DNA from: Chloroflexota bacterium
GTDB taxonomy: Bacteria; Chloroflexota; Dormibacteria; CF-121
Assembly: GCA_005880615.1 (NCBI GenBank)
Contig: VBID01000115.1
Coordinates: 16,431-80,430 of the forward strand
DNA length: 64,000 bases
Reading direction: 5' to 3'
The notes beneath the pieces are model-generated. The model had not been told where the DNA came from, ran no database searches, and saw nothing but the letters and a program-made list of their open reading frames with translations. Position numbers and translations under genes: made by a program. Positions 40,682 through 49,738 of the stretch are shown here, piece by piece. Every line of letters begins with the position of its first letter. Positions within the stretch are counted from its first letter, which is position 1.

Positions 40682-41521
40682 TTATCTGATCGCCACCAGA
40701 ACAACCCCGGCCAGGATCGCCCCGGCCCCTGCCATCCGCAGCCACGCTCCCGTCCGCTCGTGCAACCGCCACACTCCCCAGCCCGTCACCAGCACGATGG
40801 CCGACTCGCGCACCGGTGCCACCACCGTCAGGGGAGCCAGGCGGAACGCTCCTAGCACCATCAAATAGGCCGCCGTCATGGGGATGCCAATGGCCAGCCC
40901 TCGGCGCCAATCGGCGGCGCGCCAGGTTACATTTCTCTCGCGCAGGAGCACCCAGGCCGACAGCAGCACCGCCACCCCTACCCATAGCGCCCAGCCGTAA
41001 AGCCACACCGGACCCAACCGCACCCCCACGCGATCCACTGCCGAATATGCCGCAATGCACACCGCCACCAGAAGCGCCGGTAGGGTCGCGGATCCGGCCG
41101 CCGCCGGCCGCCGGACGGCCCACACACCCGCCAGCAGGCACGCCACCCCGGCCAGTGCGACCAGACTCACCCGCTCCCCCAGCACGGTCAACCCGATAGC
41201 CACGGCCAGCAGCGGCGCCGTCCCGCGGGCCAGGGGATAGACCATCGACAGCTCGCCCCGCGTATAGGCAACGGACAGGAAGATGAAGTAAGCCAGCTCC
41301 AGGACACTCGAGACGAGCGCCAGGAGCCACCCTACCGGCGGGAGCCCGGGCCGGCCCCAGGCCAACCACAACACCGCCACCGGGATGGTGAGCAGCACCG
41401 CCGAGGACGTCACGGCGCGGGCCGCGGCATGCAGAGGGTTGTCGGACGTTTTCAGAAGCACGTTCCAGGTGGCATGCAGGGTAGCCGCTCCCAGCACCAG
41501 CGCCAGGGCGAGCAGGCTCAC
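40682..41521 (-). CDS. EamA/DMT-family transporter
   Basis: 10-TM profile with two EamA repeats. Confidence 0.8.
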   Translation of the reverse strand: MSLLALALVLGAATLHATWNVLLKTSDNPLHAAARAVTSSAVLLTIPVAVLWLAWGRPGLPPVGWLLALVSSVLELAYFIFLSVAYTRGELSMVYPLARGTAPLLAVAIGLTVLGERVSLVALAGVACLLAGVWAVRRPAAAGSATLPALLVAVCIAAYSAVDRVGVRLGPVWLYGWALWVGVAVLLSAWVLLRERNVTWRAADWRRGLAIGIPMTAAYLMVLGAFRLAPLTVVAPVRESAIVLVTGWGVWRLHERTGAWLRMAGAGAILAGVVLVAIR

Positions 41522-41664
41522 CTGGCCAGTCTATTGGCCGCATGCTTTCTGGCGCCTGCCTGGGCGCTGATGCGACACCGATGAAGTGCGGTCTCTGTGG
41601 GTTGGTCAGTACCTGATGCCGGTTCGTTGAATCGTGCGCCGGAGTGACGAGCGCCGATGAACCG

Positions 41665-42095
41665 TTACGACGCGCTACGAACCGCCTGGTTCCGACGCAA
41701 CAGCTCCCGGACCTCGCCGTCTGACGTCTGGGAGAAGTCCCGAGACCAGGCGCCCACCCCGTAGAAGGGCTCCGGAGTCACCGCGCAAACCACGCGATCG
41801 GCCTCCGCCTCCAGCTCGGCGCAGGTCTCGGGCGGCGCTACCGGTACCGCCACCACCACCTCTTTGGGGCCGGCCGAGCGCAGCCCGGCGACCGCGGCCT
41901 GCATGGTCGCCCCGGTCGCCAGACCGTCGTCCACCAGGATGACCGTCCGTCCTGGGCCGCCTCGAACGCCACGGGCACCCCGCCGCGAGGCAGCTCCAGG
42001 ACCAGCACGTTCGGGCGGCCTCGAAATTCGGCCAGTTGGGCGGCCAGCAGTCTGCCGGCACGAGCGCGATTCTCGAACGGCAGAGCGATCGCCAT
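41665..42095 (-). pseudogene. phosphoribosyltransferase (PRTase type I, YkrU/Rv0571c-like) with internal deletion and frameshift
   Basis: ATG at 42095 with AGGAGG RBS encodes [47 protein letters not shown] (N-terminal ~48 aa). The central ~95 aa of the family are absent. The C-terminal [24 protein letters not shown]...[23 protein letters not shown] continues in the +2 frame (ORF 41665..41934). Confidence 0.7.
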
Positions 42096-42149
42096 CAGGC
42101 GCCTCCTGAATCCATCCTGGCCCCTGCCGATGCCGCCTGTGGCACGCTT

Positions 42150-43262
42150 ATGCCCGTGATCACGGCCCACACCGACGTCGTCGGCAGCCTGCTGCGGCCG
42201 CCCGAGCTGCTCAAGGCCCGGGATGACCTGGTAGCCGGAAAGATCGCGTCGGCGGCCTTCAAGAAGATCGAGGACCGGGCGGTGGATGCGGCCGTCAAAC
42301 TCCAGGAGGACGCCGGCCTGGACGTCGTCACCGACGGCGAGATGCGCCGCCTCTCCTTCCAGAGCGCGCTCACCGATGCCGTCGATGGTTTCGGTGACGT
42401 TCCCCTGGAAGCCTTCCTCTGGGGCGACTGGCATAGCGAGGTCCTCGGTGAAATGGACATCGCCCGGCCCCCGGAGCTGGGAGTGACCTCAAAGCTCAAA
42501 CGCCGCCACCACCTGGCCGCCGAAGACTTCACTTACCTCCGCGGCCGCACCACCCGCATCCCGAAAATCACCCTGACCAGCCCCAGCCTCTACGCCAACC
42601 TCTGGTCCAAGGAGCGCTCGGGCGACGTCTATCCCACCCTCGACGACTTCCTGGCCGACGTGGTCGCCATCTACCGCGACGAGGTGGCCGAGCTGCAGCG
42701 GCTGGGCGCGACCTACATTCAGCTGGACGCGCCCCACTACCCGCTGCTGATCGAACCCAAGTGGCGGGCCTTCTACGAGGCGCGCGGCTGGAGCGTGGAC
42801 CGCTGGCTCTCGCACGGCATCGAGCTGGACAACGCCGTCATGGCCGGCCACGATGGGATCACCTTCAGCATGCACCTGTGCCGCGGCAACCAGGTCAGCC
42901 GCTGGCTGGTGTCCGGCGGGTACGAGCCGATCGCCAGGCAGATCTTCCAGACCGTCAACGCGGACCGGTTGCTGCTGGAGTACGACGACGCCCGCTCCGG
43001 CTCGTTCGAACCGCTGCGCGAGGTCCCGGAGAACAAGATGGTGATCTTGGGCCTGGTGACGACCAAGACGCCACGCCGGGAGACCGTCGAGGACCTGACC
43101 GGGCGCATCAAGGAGGCAAGCCGCTACCTGCCACTCGAGCGCCTCGGCCTGAGTCCCCAGTGTGGGTTTGCCACGTCGGTGATCGGCAATGCCATCACGG
43201 TGGACGACGAGCGCACCAAGCTGACCGCCATCGCCCGGACTGCGCAGGCCGTTTGGCGCTGA
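42150..43262 (+). CDS. cobalamin-independent methionine synthase-like (MetE C-terminal/UroD-like fold) Zn-dependent methyltransferase
   Basis: 370 aa; MetE-type zinc ligand motifs ([11 protein letters not shown]; SPQCGFAT) and (beta/alpha)8 barrel pattern. Start at the internal ATG (MPVITAHTD); the upstream ORF part overlaps the PRTase pseudogene. Confidence 0.75.
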   Translation: MPVITAHTDVVGSLLRPPELLKARDDLVAGKIASAAFKKIEDRAVDAAVKLQEDAGLDVVTDGEMRRLSFQSALTDAVDGFGDVPLEAFLWGDWHSEVLGEMDIARPPELGVTSKLKRRHHLAAEDFTYLRGRTTRIPKITLTSPSLYANLWSKERSGDVYPTLDDFLADVVAIYRDEVAELQRLGATYIQLDAPHYPLLIEPKWRAFYEARGWSVDRWLSHGIELDNAVMAGHDGITFSMHLCRGNQVSRWLVSGGYEPIARQIFQTVNADRLLLEYDDARSGSFEPLREVPENKMVILGLVTTKTPRRETVEDLTGRIKEASRYLPLERLGLSPQCGFATSVIGNAITVDDERTKLTAIARTAQAVWR

Positions 43263-44686
43263 GCTCTTCGTCCGTCACCATCACCGGGCGGGGGCTGACC
43301 CTCGACGAGGTCATCCAGGTCGCCCGTCAAAAGGCCCAGGTGGTGCTCCACCCGGATGCGATCAAGACCATGCGACGATCGCGGGCGGTCGTCGAGCGCG
43401 CGGTCGAGCGGGGCGACAACGTCTACGGCCTCACCACCGGGGTCTCCGCGCTCAAGCGGGCACGCGTCGATCCTGGCGCGCTAGCCCGGTTCAACCGAGA
43501 CCTGATCATCCAGCACCGAATCGCCCAGGGCCCGCCGGCCGCCGCCGACACCGTGCGGGCCACGCTGGTGCGCCTACTGAATCACCTGGCCTCTGGCTAC
43601 CCAGGCGTCCGCCCGGAGCTGGCCGCCCACGTGGTCCAAGCCCTCAACGAAGACCGGCTGCCGGTGGTCCGCACGCTCGGCTCCGTCGGCCAGAGCGACC
43701 TCGCTCCGATGGCCGACCTCGCCCACGGTGTGCTAGGCGACTTTGCGCTGGCCGCCGGCGAGGGGCTCTCGCTGCTCAACAACAACGCCTTCTCCATCGG
43801 CTCGGCGGCGCTGGCCATGCATGACCTCGGCCGCCTGCACCAATCAATGCTCAGCGTCGGGGCGCTCAGCCTGGAAGGGTTCCATGCCAACCCGAGCATC
43901 CTGCACCCGTCGCTCGAGTCTGCCCGCCCGCTGCCCGGCCTCAAGCGAGCGGTGGGCCAGATTCGCAGGCTGCTGGAAGGCAGTTTCCTATGGTCCGCCC
44001 CGCCGCGCAACCTGCAGGACCCGCTCACCTTCCGCACCCTGCCCCAGGTCATCGGCGCCCTGGACGACGCACTCGTGTACGCCCGCGACCAGCTCGACCG
44101 GGAGCTCAACGCGGCCCAGGGCAATCCCATCGTGGTAGTCGACGAAGATCGGATCATCTCAGTCGGAAATTTCGACATCGCGCCCCTGGCGGGGGCGCTC
44201 GACCTGCTGCGGATCGCGCTGGCGCCGGTACTGACGGCGTCGGCCGAACGAGCCATCAAGCTGCTCGAGTCGCCGTGGTCGGGTCTCCCCACGGGTCTCC
44301 TCCCAGGTGACGGCACGCCCGACGCCGGCCTGAACGAGCTCGGGATCGCCGCCGCGTCGCTGGCGGCCGAGGCTCGCCTGCTGGCCCAGCCGGTTTCGTT
44401 CGAGCTGCCCAGCACCTCCCTGGCGGAGGGGATCGAGGACCGTATGACCCAGGCACCGCTGGCGACCAGGCGCCTGAACCAGATGATGGATCTGTCCGCA
44501 CGCATCCTGGCGATCGAGCTCACGGTCGCCGGCCAGGCCGTGGAACACCGCAATTTGCAGCCGTTGGGACGCGGTACCGCCAAGTTGCTAGCGCAACTTC
44601 GCCAGCGAATCGCGTTCATGCGGGAGCCGGGGCAATTTCCTGACAACCTCGAACCCGTCGTGGACCTGGTGCGAATGCCAGGGTAG
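43253..44686 (+). CDS. aromatic amino-acid ammonia-lyase-family protein (HAL/PAL-like) lacking the MIO-forming Ala-Ser-Gly triad
   Basis: Full-length HAL-like fold (N-terminus TITGRGLTLDEVIQVARQ, conserved ...NNNAFSIG..., ...QGNPIV...). In the MIO loop, GSVGQS-DLAPMADLAH replaces the canonical GSVGASGDLAPLAH. TTG start at 43253 overlaps the upstream stop by 10 nt. Confidence 0.75.
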   Translation: MALSSSSVTITGRGLTLDEVIQVARQKAQVVLHPDAIKTMRRSRAVVERAVERGDNVYGLTTGVSALKRARVDPGALARFNRDLIIQHRIAQGPPAAADTVRATLVRLLNHLASGYPGVRPELAAHVVQALNEDRLPVVRTLGSVGQSDLAPMADLAHGVLGDFALAAGEGLSLLNNNAFSIGSAALAMHDLGRLHQSMLSVGALSLEGFHANPSILHPSLESARPLPGLKRAVGQIRRLLEGSFLWSAPPRNLQDPLTFRTLPQVIGALDDALVYARDQLDRELNAAQGNPIVVVDEDRIISVGNFDIAPLAGALDLLRIALAPVLTASAERAIKLLESPWSGLPTGLLPGDGTPDAGLNELGIAAASLAAEARLLAQPVSFELPSTSLAEGIEDRMTQAPLATRRLNQMMDLSARILAIELTVAGQAVEHRNLQPLGRGTAKLLAQLRQRIAFMREPGQFPDNLEPVVDLVRMPG

Positions 44687-44695
44687 GAATGTTGG

Positions 44696-45832
44696 CTAGG
44701 TCGCTGGGGCGCCGGCGACCGCGGCATCGATCACCACAATCGTCCGGGCCCCGACGCCGCGGCGCATTCGGTCGAACGCCTCGTCGATGCCCTGCAGGTC
44801 CGTGAAGTCGGAGACCACCTCTCGCAGCGGCAACTTCCCGTCAACCACCATCTGCGCCAGCTGTGGGATGTCCGCCCGCGGGTTTCCCGAGCCGTAGAAA
44901 CAGCCCTTCAGGCCCTTGGCCGACAGCAGCTCGATGGCCGGGATGGAGACCTCCAGTCCGCGGGGCGCCAGCCCAACCACCACGGCCGTGGCGCCGGGCC
45001 GCAGCACGTCCCACGCCTGGCGGATGGTGGCCGCGATGCCAACCACCTCAATGGCATGGTCGACGCCGCCACCGGATAGCTCCCGGATGCGCCCGACCGC
45101 GCCGTCGCGCGAAGCATCGACTCCGTCACTGGCACCCATCGCCAGGGCGCGGTCCAGCTTCTCTTGGCTGCGGTCGACCGCGATGATGGGCCTGGCCCCG
45201 GCGCGCTGGGCGGCCGCCACCACCTGAAGCCCCACGCCCCCGCAGCCGATGACGCACACGCTCTCGCCGGGTTTCACCTTCGCCACGTTGCGCACCGCGC
45301 CGAACCCGGTGATGACCCCGCATCCGACGAGGGCGGCCTCCCATAAGGGGAGCGCTCGCGGGATGGGGATGGCCGACGCCTCAGGCACGACGGCGTACTC
45401 GGCAAAACAGGACACGAAGTTGAAGTGCTTGAGCGACGACCCGTCCGCGGACTGCAGGCGCATCGTCCCGTCCAGCATGGTGCCGCGATACGCGTACTCC
45501 CCGGACGGCTCGCACAGCGTGACTTCCCCGTTCCGGCAGGCGCGGCAGACGCCGCAGAAGGGCACGATGGAAAACGACACATGGTCACCTGCGGCCACCT
45601 GGGTGACGCCCTCGCCCACCGCCTCGACCACGCCGGCGCCCTCGTGACCCAGCACGATGGGGAGCCGCTTGGTTCCCAGCCCACCTTCGGCAAACAGCAG
45701 GTCGGAGTGACAGACGCCCGCCGCCGCCACTCGCACCAGCACCTCGCCCGCGTGGGGAGAGTCCAGGCGCACCTCCTCCAGGGTCATCGGCTGCCCGATG
45801 TCGCGCAGCACCGCCGCCCGCATGCGCTTCAT
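44696..45832 (-). CDS. Zn-dependent alcohol dehydrogenase (MDR family)
   Basis: GVCHSDL...GHEGAGVVEAVG catalytic Zn site, structural Zn Cys cluster (C..C..C..C), GxGxxG (VIGCGGVGLQVV). Confidence 0.85.
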   Translation of the reverse strand: MKRMRAAVLRDIGQPMTLEEVRLDSPHAGEVLVRVAAAGVCHSDLLFAEGGLGTKRLPIVLGHEGAGVVEAVGEGVTQVAAGDHVSFSIVPFCGVCRACRNGEVTLCEPSGEYAYRGTMLDGTMRLQSADGSSLKHFNFVSCFAEYAVVPEASAIPIPRALPLWEAALVGCGVITGFGAVRNVAKVKPGESVCVIGCGGVGLQVVAAAQRAGARPIIAVDRSQEKLDRALAMGASDGVDASRDGAVGRIRELSGGGVDHAIEVVGIAATIRQAWDVLRPGATAVVVGLAPRGLEVSIPAIELLSAKGLKGCFYGSGNPRADIPQLAQMVVDGKLPLREVVSDFTDLQGIDEAFDRMRRGVGARTIVVIDAAVAGAPAT

Positions 45833-46947
45833 TTGACCCGGAATTTCTCCAGCGCGTTCAGGTCGGGCGTGACACCGAGGCCCGGCCCGTCGGGTGGCCG
45901 GATGGTTCCATCGGCCGCGATCTCCAGCGCCAGCGGAAGGAGCGTGTCGCGCCGGGCTGGGCTCCAGGCCGGCGGATCGTAGGGGACCTCGATGTACTCG
46001 CAGGTGGAGACCGCCATGGCCAGATGGAGGTTGGCGACCAGCCCGATGCCGTTGCTCCAGGTGTGCGGCGAGAACCAGCGACCGAACAGGTCGGCCATGG
46101 CCGCGATCCGCCGGCAGCCACCGATGCCCCCGGCCAGCACGACGTCCGGTTGGATGACGTCCACCCCGCCGCGCACCACCAGGTCGCGCGCTTCGTGCGG
46201 GCTGCGTACCATCTCGCCGGCCGCGATTCGGATCCCAGTGCGCTGCCGCAGCAGGGCGTAGCCCTCCACGTCGTCCGTGCGCAGCGGCTCCTCCAGCCAG
46301 TAGATGTCCAGGGGCTCCAGGGCCTTGGCCACCGCCGTGGCCGTCGACAGATCCCAGGGCGTGCGCCGGTCACCGGCCATCCGCCAACCCTGATTGACGT
46401 CGACCATGATTTGCATGGTCGATCCCACCGCCTGCCGCACGGCCTTCACCACCTCCACATCGCGCCGCCAGTCGGTATGGCTGAACCGGATCTTGACCGC
46501 CAGGATGCCGCGATCGCGCCAGGCGACGGTCCGCCGCACGCGCTCCTGGGGCTCGACCCGTTCGCCGCTGGAGGCGTAGGCCGTCAGATGATCGGACCGC
46601 CCGCCCAACACCCGCCACAGCGGCTGCTGCAGCGCGCGGCCGACCAGGTCCCAGACGGCCACCTCCACCGGCCAGGGCCGGCTGCCGTGGAAATCCACCG
46701 TCTCGCAGACTTCGCGCACTACCTCGGTCTGCATGGGGTCCACGCCTTTGAGGAAGCGCTCCAGCACCTCGCGGTCGGGCAGCGGCGCGCCGCTGCCAAA
46801 CCCACACACCCCGTCTCCGGCGTGCACGATCACCAGCGTGTCGTCGACGTGGTCGCGCGGCACCGGGTCCCAGGCCGCCTTGAACGGCGGATCCAGCGGG
46901 AACCGGTACCGGCGGGTCTCGATCCCGGTAATGCGCACGTCAGCCAT
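45829..46947 (-). CDS. enolase-superfamily enzyme (mandelate racemase/muconate lactonizing enzyme family)
   Basis: N-terminal capping domain plus TIM-barrel with metal ligands (MVDVNQGW ... IYWLEEP ... DVIQPD) and catalytic KxK region. Confidence 0.8.
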   Translation of the reverse strand: MADVRITGIETRRYRFPLDPPFKAAWDPVPRDHVDDTLVIVHAGDGVCGFGSGAPLPDREVLERFLKGVDPMQTEVVREVCETVDFHGSRPWPVEVAVWDLVGRALQQPLWRVLGGRSDHLTAYASSGERVEPQERVRRTVAWRDRGILAVKIRFSHTDWRRDVEVVKAVRQAVGSTMQIMVDVNQGWRMAGDRRTPWDLSTATAVAKALEPLDIYWLEEPLRTDDVEGYALLRQRTGIRIAAGEMVRSPHEARDLVVRGGVDVIQPDVVLAGGIGGCRRIAAMADLFGRWFSPHTWSNGIGLVANLHLAMAVSTCEYIEVPYDPPAWSPARRDTLLPLALEIAADGTIRPPDGPGLGVTPDLNALEKFRVK

Positions 46948-46989
46948 CCTCCTTCGCGCGAGGAAAAAGGCGGGTCGTCCCTGGGCCCC

Positions 46990-48108
46990 TCATGCGGCGT
47001 GGGCGTCCAGGTCCAGCACCGCCCGCACCGGGATGCCCTGGCGGACCAGGTCCAGCGCCTGCGCCGCGCTGCGTAACGGCAAGCGGTGCGTGATGAGCCG
47101 CTCCAGCGGTAACCGCCCATCCGCGTGGAGCGCCAGGATGGCGGCGAAATCCCGGTGTGGGCTGACCGATCCGTAGGCGCTCCCCAGGATGCGCCGCTCG
47201 GCCCGCGGGATCTGGACGGCCGGCAGCGCCAAGACGGCGTCCGGGCGGGAGATGCCGATCAGCACCGCCGCCCCGCGAGGCCGAGTCGAGAGAAATGCGG
47301 CCTGCATCGCCTCTTCCCGTCCGGTGGCTTCGATGGCGTAGTCGACGCCTCCACCCGACGCGTCCTTGACCGCCCTGGCCGTCGCCTCCGGCGTGCCGGC
47401 CCACGGCACGACCGCGCTGGCGCCCAGCTCGGTCGCCGTCCGCAGCTTGTCGGCTGACACGTCGACCGCCACGATCGGTGCGGCGCCCACGCTTCGCGCC
47501 CCCAGGACGGCGCTCAGGCCAACACCCCCGCACCCGAAGATGGCGACCCGGTCTCCGGGCCGGACCTCGGCGGTGCGCCAGACCGCCCCCACGCCGGTTG
47601 ACACGGCGCAGCCCACCAGGGCCGCCACGTCGAATGGAACCGAGGTGGGGATAGGCACGCAGCTTGTCTCCGGCACCACCGCCGCCTCAGCAAACGTCGA
47701 CAGGAAGGAATAGTGATACACGGGCGAACCGTTGCGCGAGAGACGCGGCGAGCCATCCAGCAGGCCTCCGTGGCCCATGGCCGTCCAGGCCACCCGGCAC
47801 AGGTGGGTCAGCCCGCGGACGCATTCCTCACACCGCCCGCAGGAGGGCATCCAGGACAGCGCCACGTGCGTGCCCACCCGCAGCTGGACGCCGGGACCAA
47901 CCGCCTCCACCACGCCAGCGCCCTCGTGGCCCAGCACGGCCGGGCAGCGGGTTTCGGACGTCCCGTCGACGGCGTTCAGGTCGCTGTGACAGACGCCGCT
48001 GGCGTGCAGGCGCACCAGCACTTCGCCCACTTGGGGATCCGCCAGCTGCACCTCGGTCACGTCCACCGGCCCCCCGGTCCGCTCCAGGACCGCTGCCAGC
48101 GCTCTCAC
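46990..48108 (-). CDS. Zn-dependent alcohol dehydrogenase (MDR family), second copy
   Basis: GVCHSDL...GHEGAGVVEAVG, GCGGVG. Start placed at GTG 48108 preceded by GGAGGAGG. The 5' 290 codons of ORF 46990..48990 have no coding character and overlap the Gfo/Idh/MocA gene. Confidence 0.8.
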   Translation of the reverse strand: MRALAAVLERTGGPVDVTEVQLADPQVGEVLVRLHASGVCHSDLNAVDGTSETRCPAVLGHEGAGVVEAVGPGVQLRVGTHVALSWMPSCGRCEECVRGLTHLCRVAWTAMGHGGLLDGSPRLSRNGSPVYHYSFLSTFAEAAVVPETSCVPIPTSVPFDVAALVGCAVSTGVGAVWRTAEVRPGDRVAIFGCGGVGLSAVLGARSVGAAPIVAVDVSADKLRTATELGASAVVPWAGTPEATARAVKDASGGGVDYAIEATGREEAMQAAFLSTRPRGAAVLIGISRPDAVLALPAVQIPRAERRILGSAYGSVSPHRDFAAILALHADGRLPLERLITHRLPLRSAAQALDLVRQGIPVRAVLDLDAHAA

Positions 48109-48219
48109 GAATCCTCCTCCGCCTTCGGCCGCGGCCTTCGCCCGCGATCGTTGATCGCGCTGACAGTCTACAAGGCGTTTCCGCTGCAGGTTCACCATGA
48201 CTTCAGGTAGGGTGTCTGC

Positions 48220-49197
48220 GTGCGCGTGGCGATAGTGGGTGCGGGCTGGATCGCCGCGGAGCATATCGCCACCCTCCGCCAGCTCGACGCCGTCGAGGTT
48301 GTCGCCGTCTGCGACGTCAATCGGACGCGTGCAGCAGAGCTGGCGGGTCAGGCGGCGACCTATACGCAGTGGACCGAGATGATCGCCCGCGAGCGGCCTG
48401 ACGGGATTTTCGTCTGCACGCCGCCACTGACCCACCGCGAGGTGGCGGTGGCCGCGCTCGAGCAGGACATTCACGTCTACCTCGAGAAGCCGATCGCGCG
48501 AGGGCTGGCCGATGCCCGGGCGATCGTCGACGTGGCCGGCCGCAGCCGCGCCGTCTGCGCGGTGGGCTACCAGTGGCGGGCCGTCGAGGTGCTGGACGAC
48601 CTCCGCGCGGCGCTCAGCGGGCAGGATCTCGGCCTGCTGATCGGGATCAGCGCCGGCCCCACCAGGAGCCGTCCATGGTTCCTCGACCGGGCGCAGGGGG
48701 GCGGGAACCTGCTCGAGCGGGCAAGCCACCAGATCGACCTGGAGCGCGCCGTCGCCGGCGAGGTGGTTTCCGTTCAGGCCGCCGCGAGTGGGGTGTTGCT
48801 GGCTCAGAGCCAGGGCCAGCGAGGCAACATCGACGACGCCGCCGCGGTCCTGCTCCACTTCGCGGACGGCGGGCTGGGGGCGATCCAGATCGCCTGGACC
48901 CGGGATGGTCTCCCGGGCACCTACTCGCTCGATGTCTACGGCAGCGACGCATCCCTGCACCTCGAGCTCGACCCGGCCTTTGCCCTGCATGGTCGGTCGG
49001 ACGGACGGCAGATCGAGGCGACCTCACGGCAGCATCCCCTCGAGCGAAGCCTGGTTCGCTTCATCGCCGCGGCGCGCGAGGGCAAGCGGGATCATGTGTT
49101 CTGCTCGCCGGTCGATGCGGCCGCCACCCTCGCCGTCGCCATCGCCTGCGAGGAAGCGCTCTCGAGCGGCGGGACCGTCCGCGTGCCGAGCTATTAG
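48220..49197 (+). CDS. Gfo/Idh/MocA-family oxidoreductase
   Basis: MRVAIVGAGWIAAEHI Rossmann N-terminus and the E-K-P motif (LEKPIA). Confidence 0.85.
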   Translation: MRVAIVGAGWIAAEHIATLRQLDAVEVVAVCDVNRTRAAELAGQAATYTQWTEMIARERPDGIFVCTPPLTHREVAVAALEQDIHVYLEKPIARGLADARAIVDVAGRSRAVCAVGYQWRAVEVLDDLRAALSGQDLGLLIGISAGPTRSRPWFLDRAQGGGNLLERASHQIDLERAVAGEVVSVQAAASGVLLAQSQGQRGNIDDAAAVLLHFADGGLGAIQIAWTRDGLPGTYSLDVYGSDASLHLELDPAFALHGRSDGRQIEATSRQHPLERSLVRFIAAAREGKRDHVFCSPVDAAATLAVAIACEEALSSGGTVRVPSY

Positions 49198-49709
49198 TCC
49201 AACTCCTCGCCCTCGAGGAGGCGACCAGTCGATCGATGTCGCCGCCGAGCGGGCGATCGGACTCGATGACGGGTACCGTTTTTTCGATCACCCCGGCTTG
49301 CGGGCGGGGTCGCCTGGTGAGCTTCACGGCGGGCACGCTGAGCCGCCGGAGATCTTCCAGGTCCTGGGTCGTAACCCGATCTGGATCACGGATCACGGCG
49401 TGGAGGGCGACGTCGATCGTCGAGTGCCCCTCTAGCTGAGCGCGAGCGCGGATGACGGCGTCCGCCGCGGACTCCCCGGGTCTCGGGCTGGTGAAACAGA
49501 ACGCCGTGGTAGTGCCCCCGAACACGGCCGACCTTGGTCGCCGACGAAATGCCAGTCAGGAGGTGGGTGTGCGGATCGATGCCGCCGGGCAGGACATAAC
49601 ACCCCCGCGCGTCAATGATCGCGGCATCGTGGCCGGCCCCGCGTGCCACGCTGGGGATCCGCCTGCCTTCGACAATGACATCAGTCCGGCGGACGCCTTT
49701 CGGCGTCAC
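49061..49709 (-). pseudogene. dihydropyrimidinase/hydantoinase-type amidohydrolase remnant (N-terminal ~200 aa, frameshifted, 3'-truncated)
   Basis: ORF 49386..49709 encodes VIVEGRRIPSV...IIDARGCYVLPGGIDPHTHL (metal-binding HxH start of cyclic amidohydrolases). ORF 49061..49525 continues in another frame with GGTTTAFCF...IDVALHAVI, then diverges and stops inside the 3' end of the Gfo/Idh/MocA gene (136-bp overlap). Confidence 0.6.
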
Positions 49710-49738
49710 CAGCCCACTCCTGATGCACTGGCGCCGGC

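Noticed and set aside
48109-48990. N-terminal 290 codons of ORF 46990..48990
   Set aside because: No coding character, overlaps the Gfo/Idh/MocA gene on the other strand. The ADH homology starts at the GTG at 48108, which has a perfect GGAGGAGG RBS.
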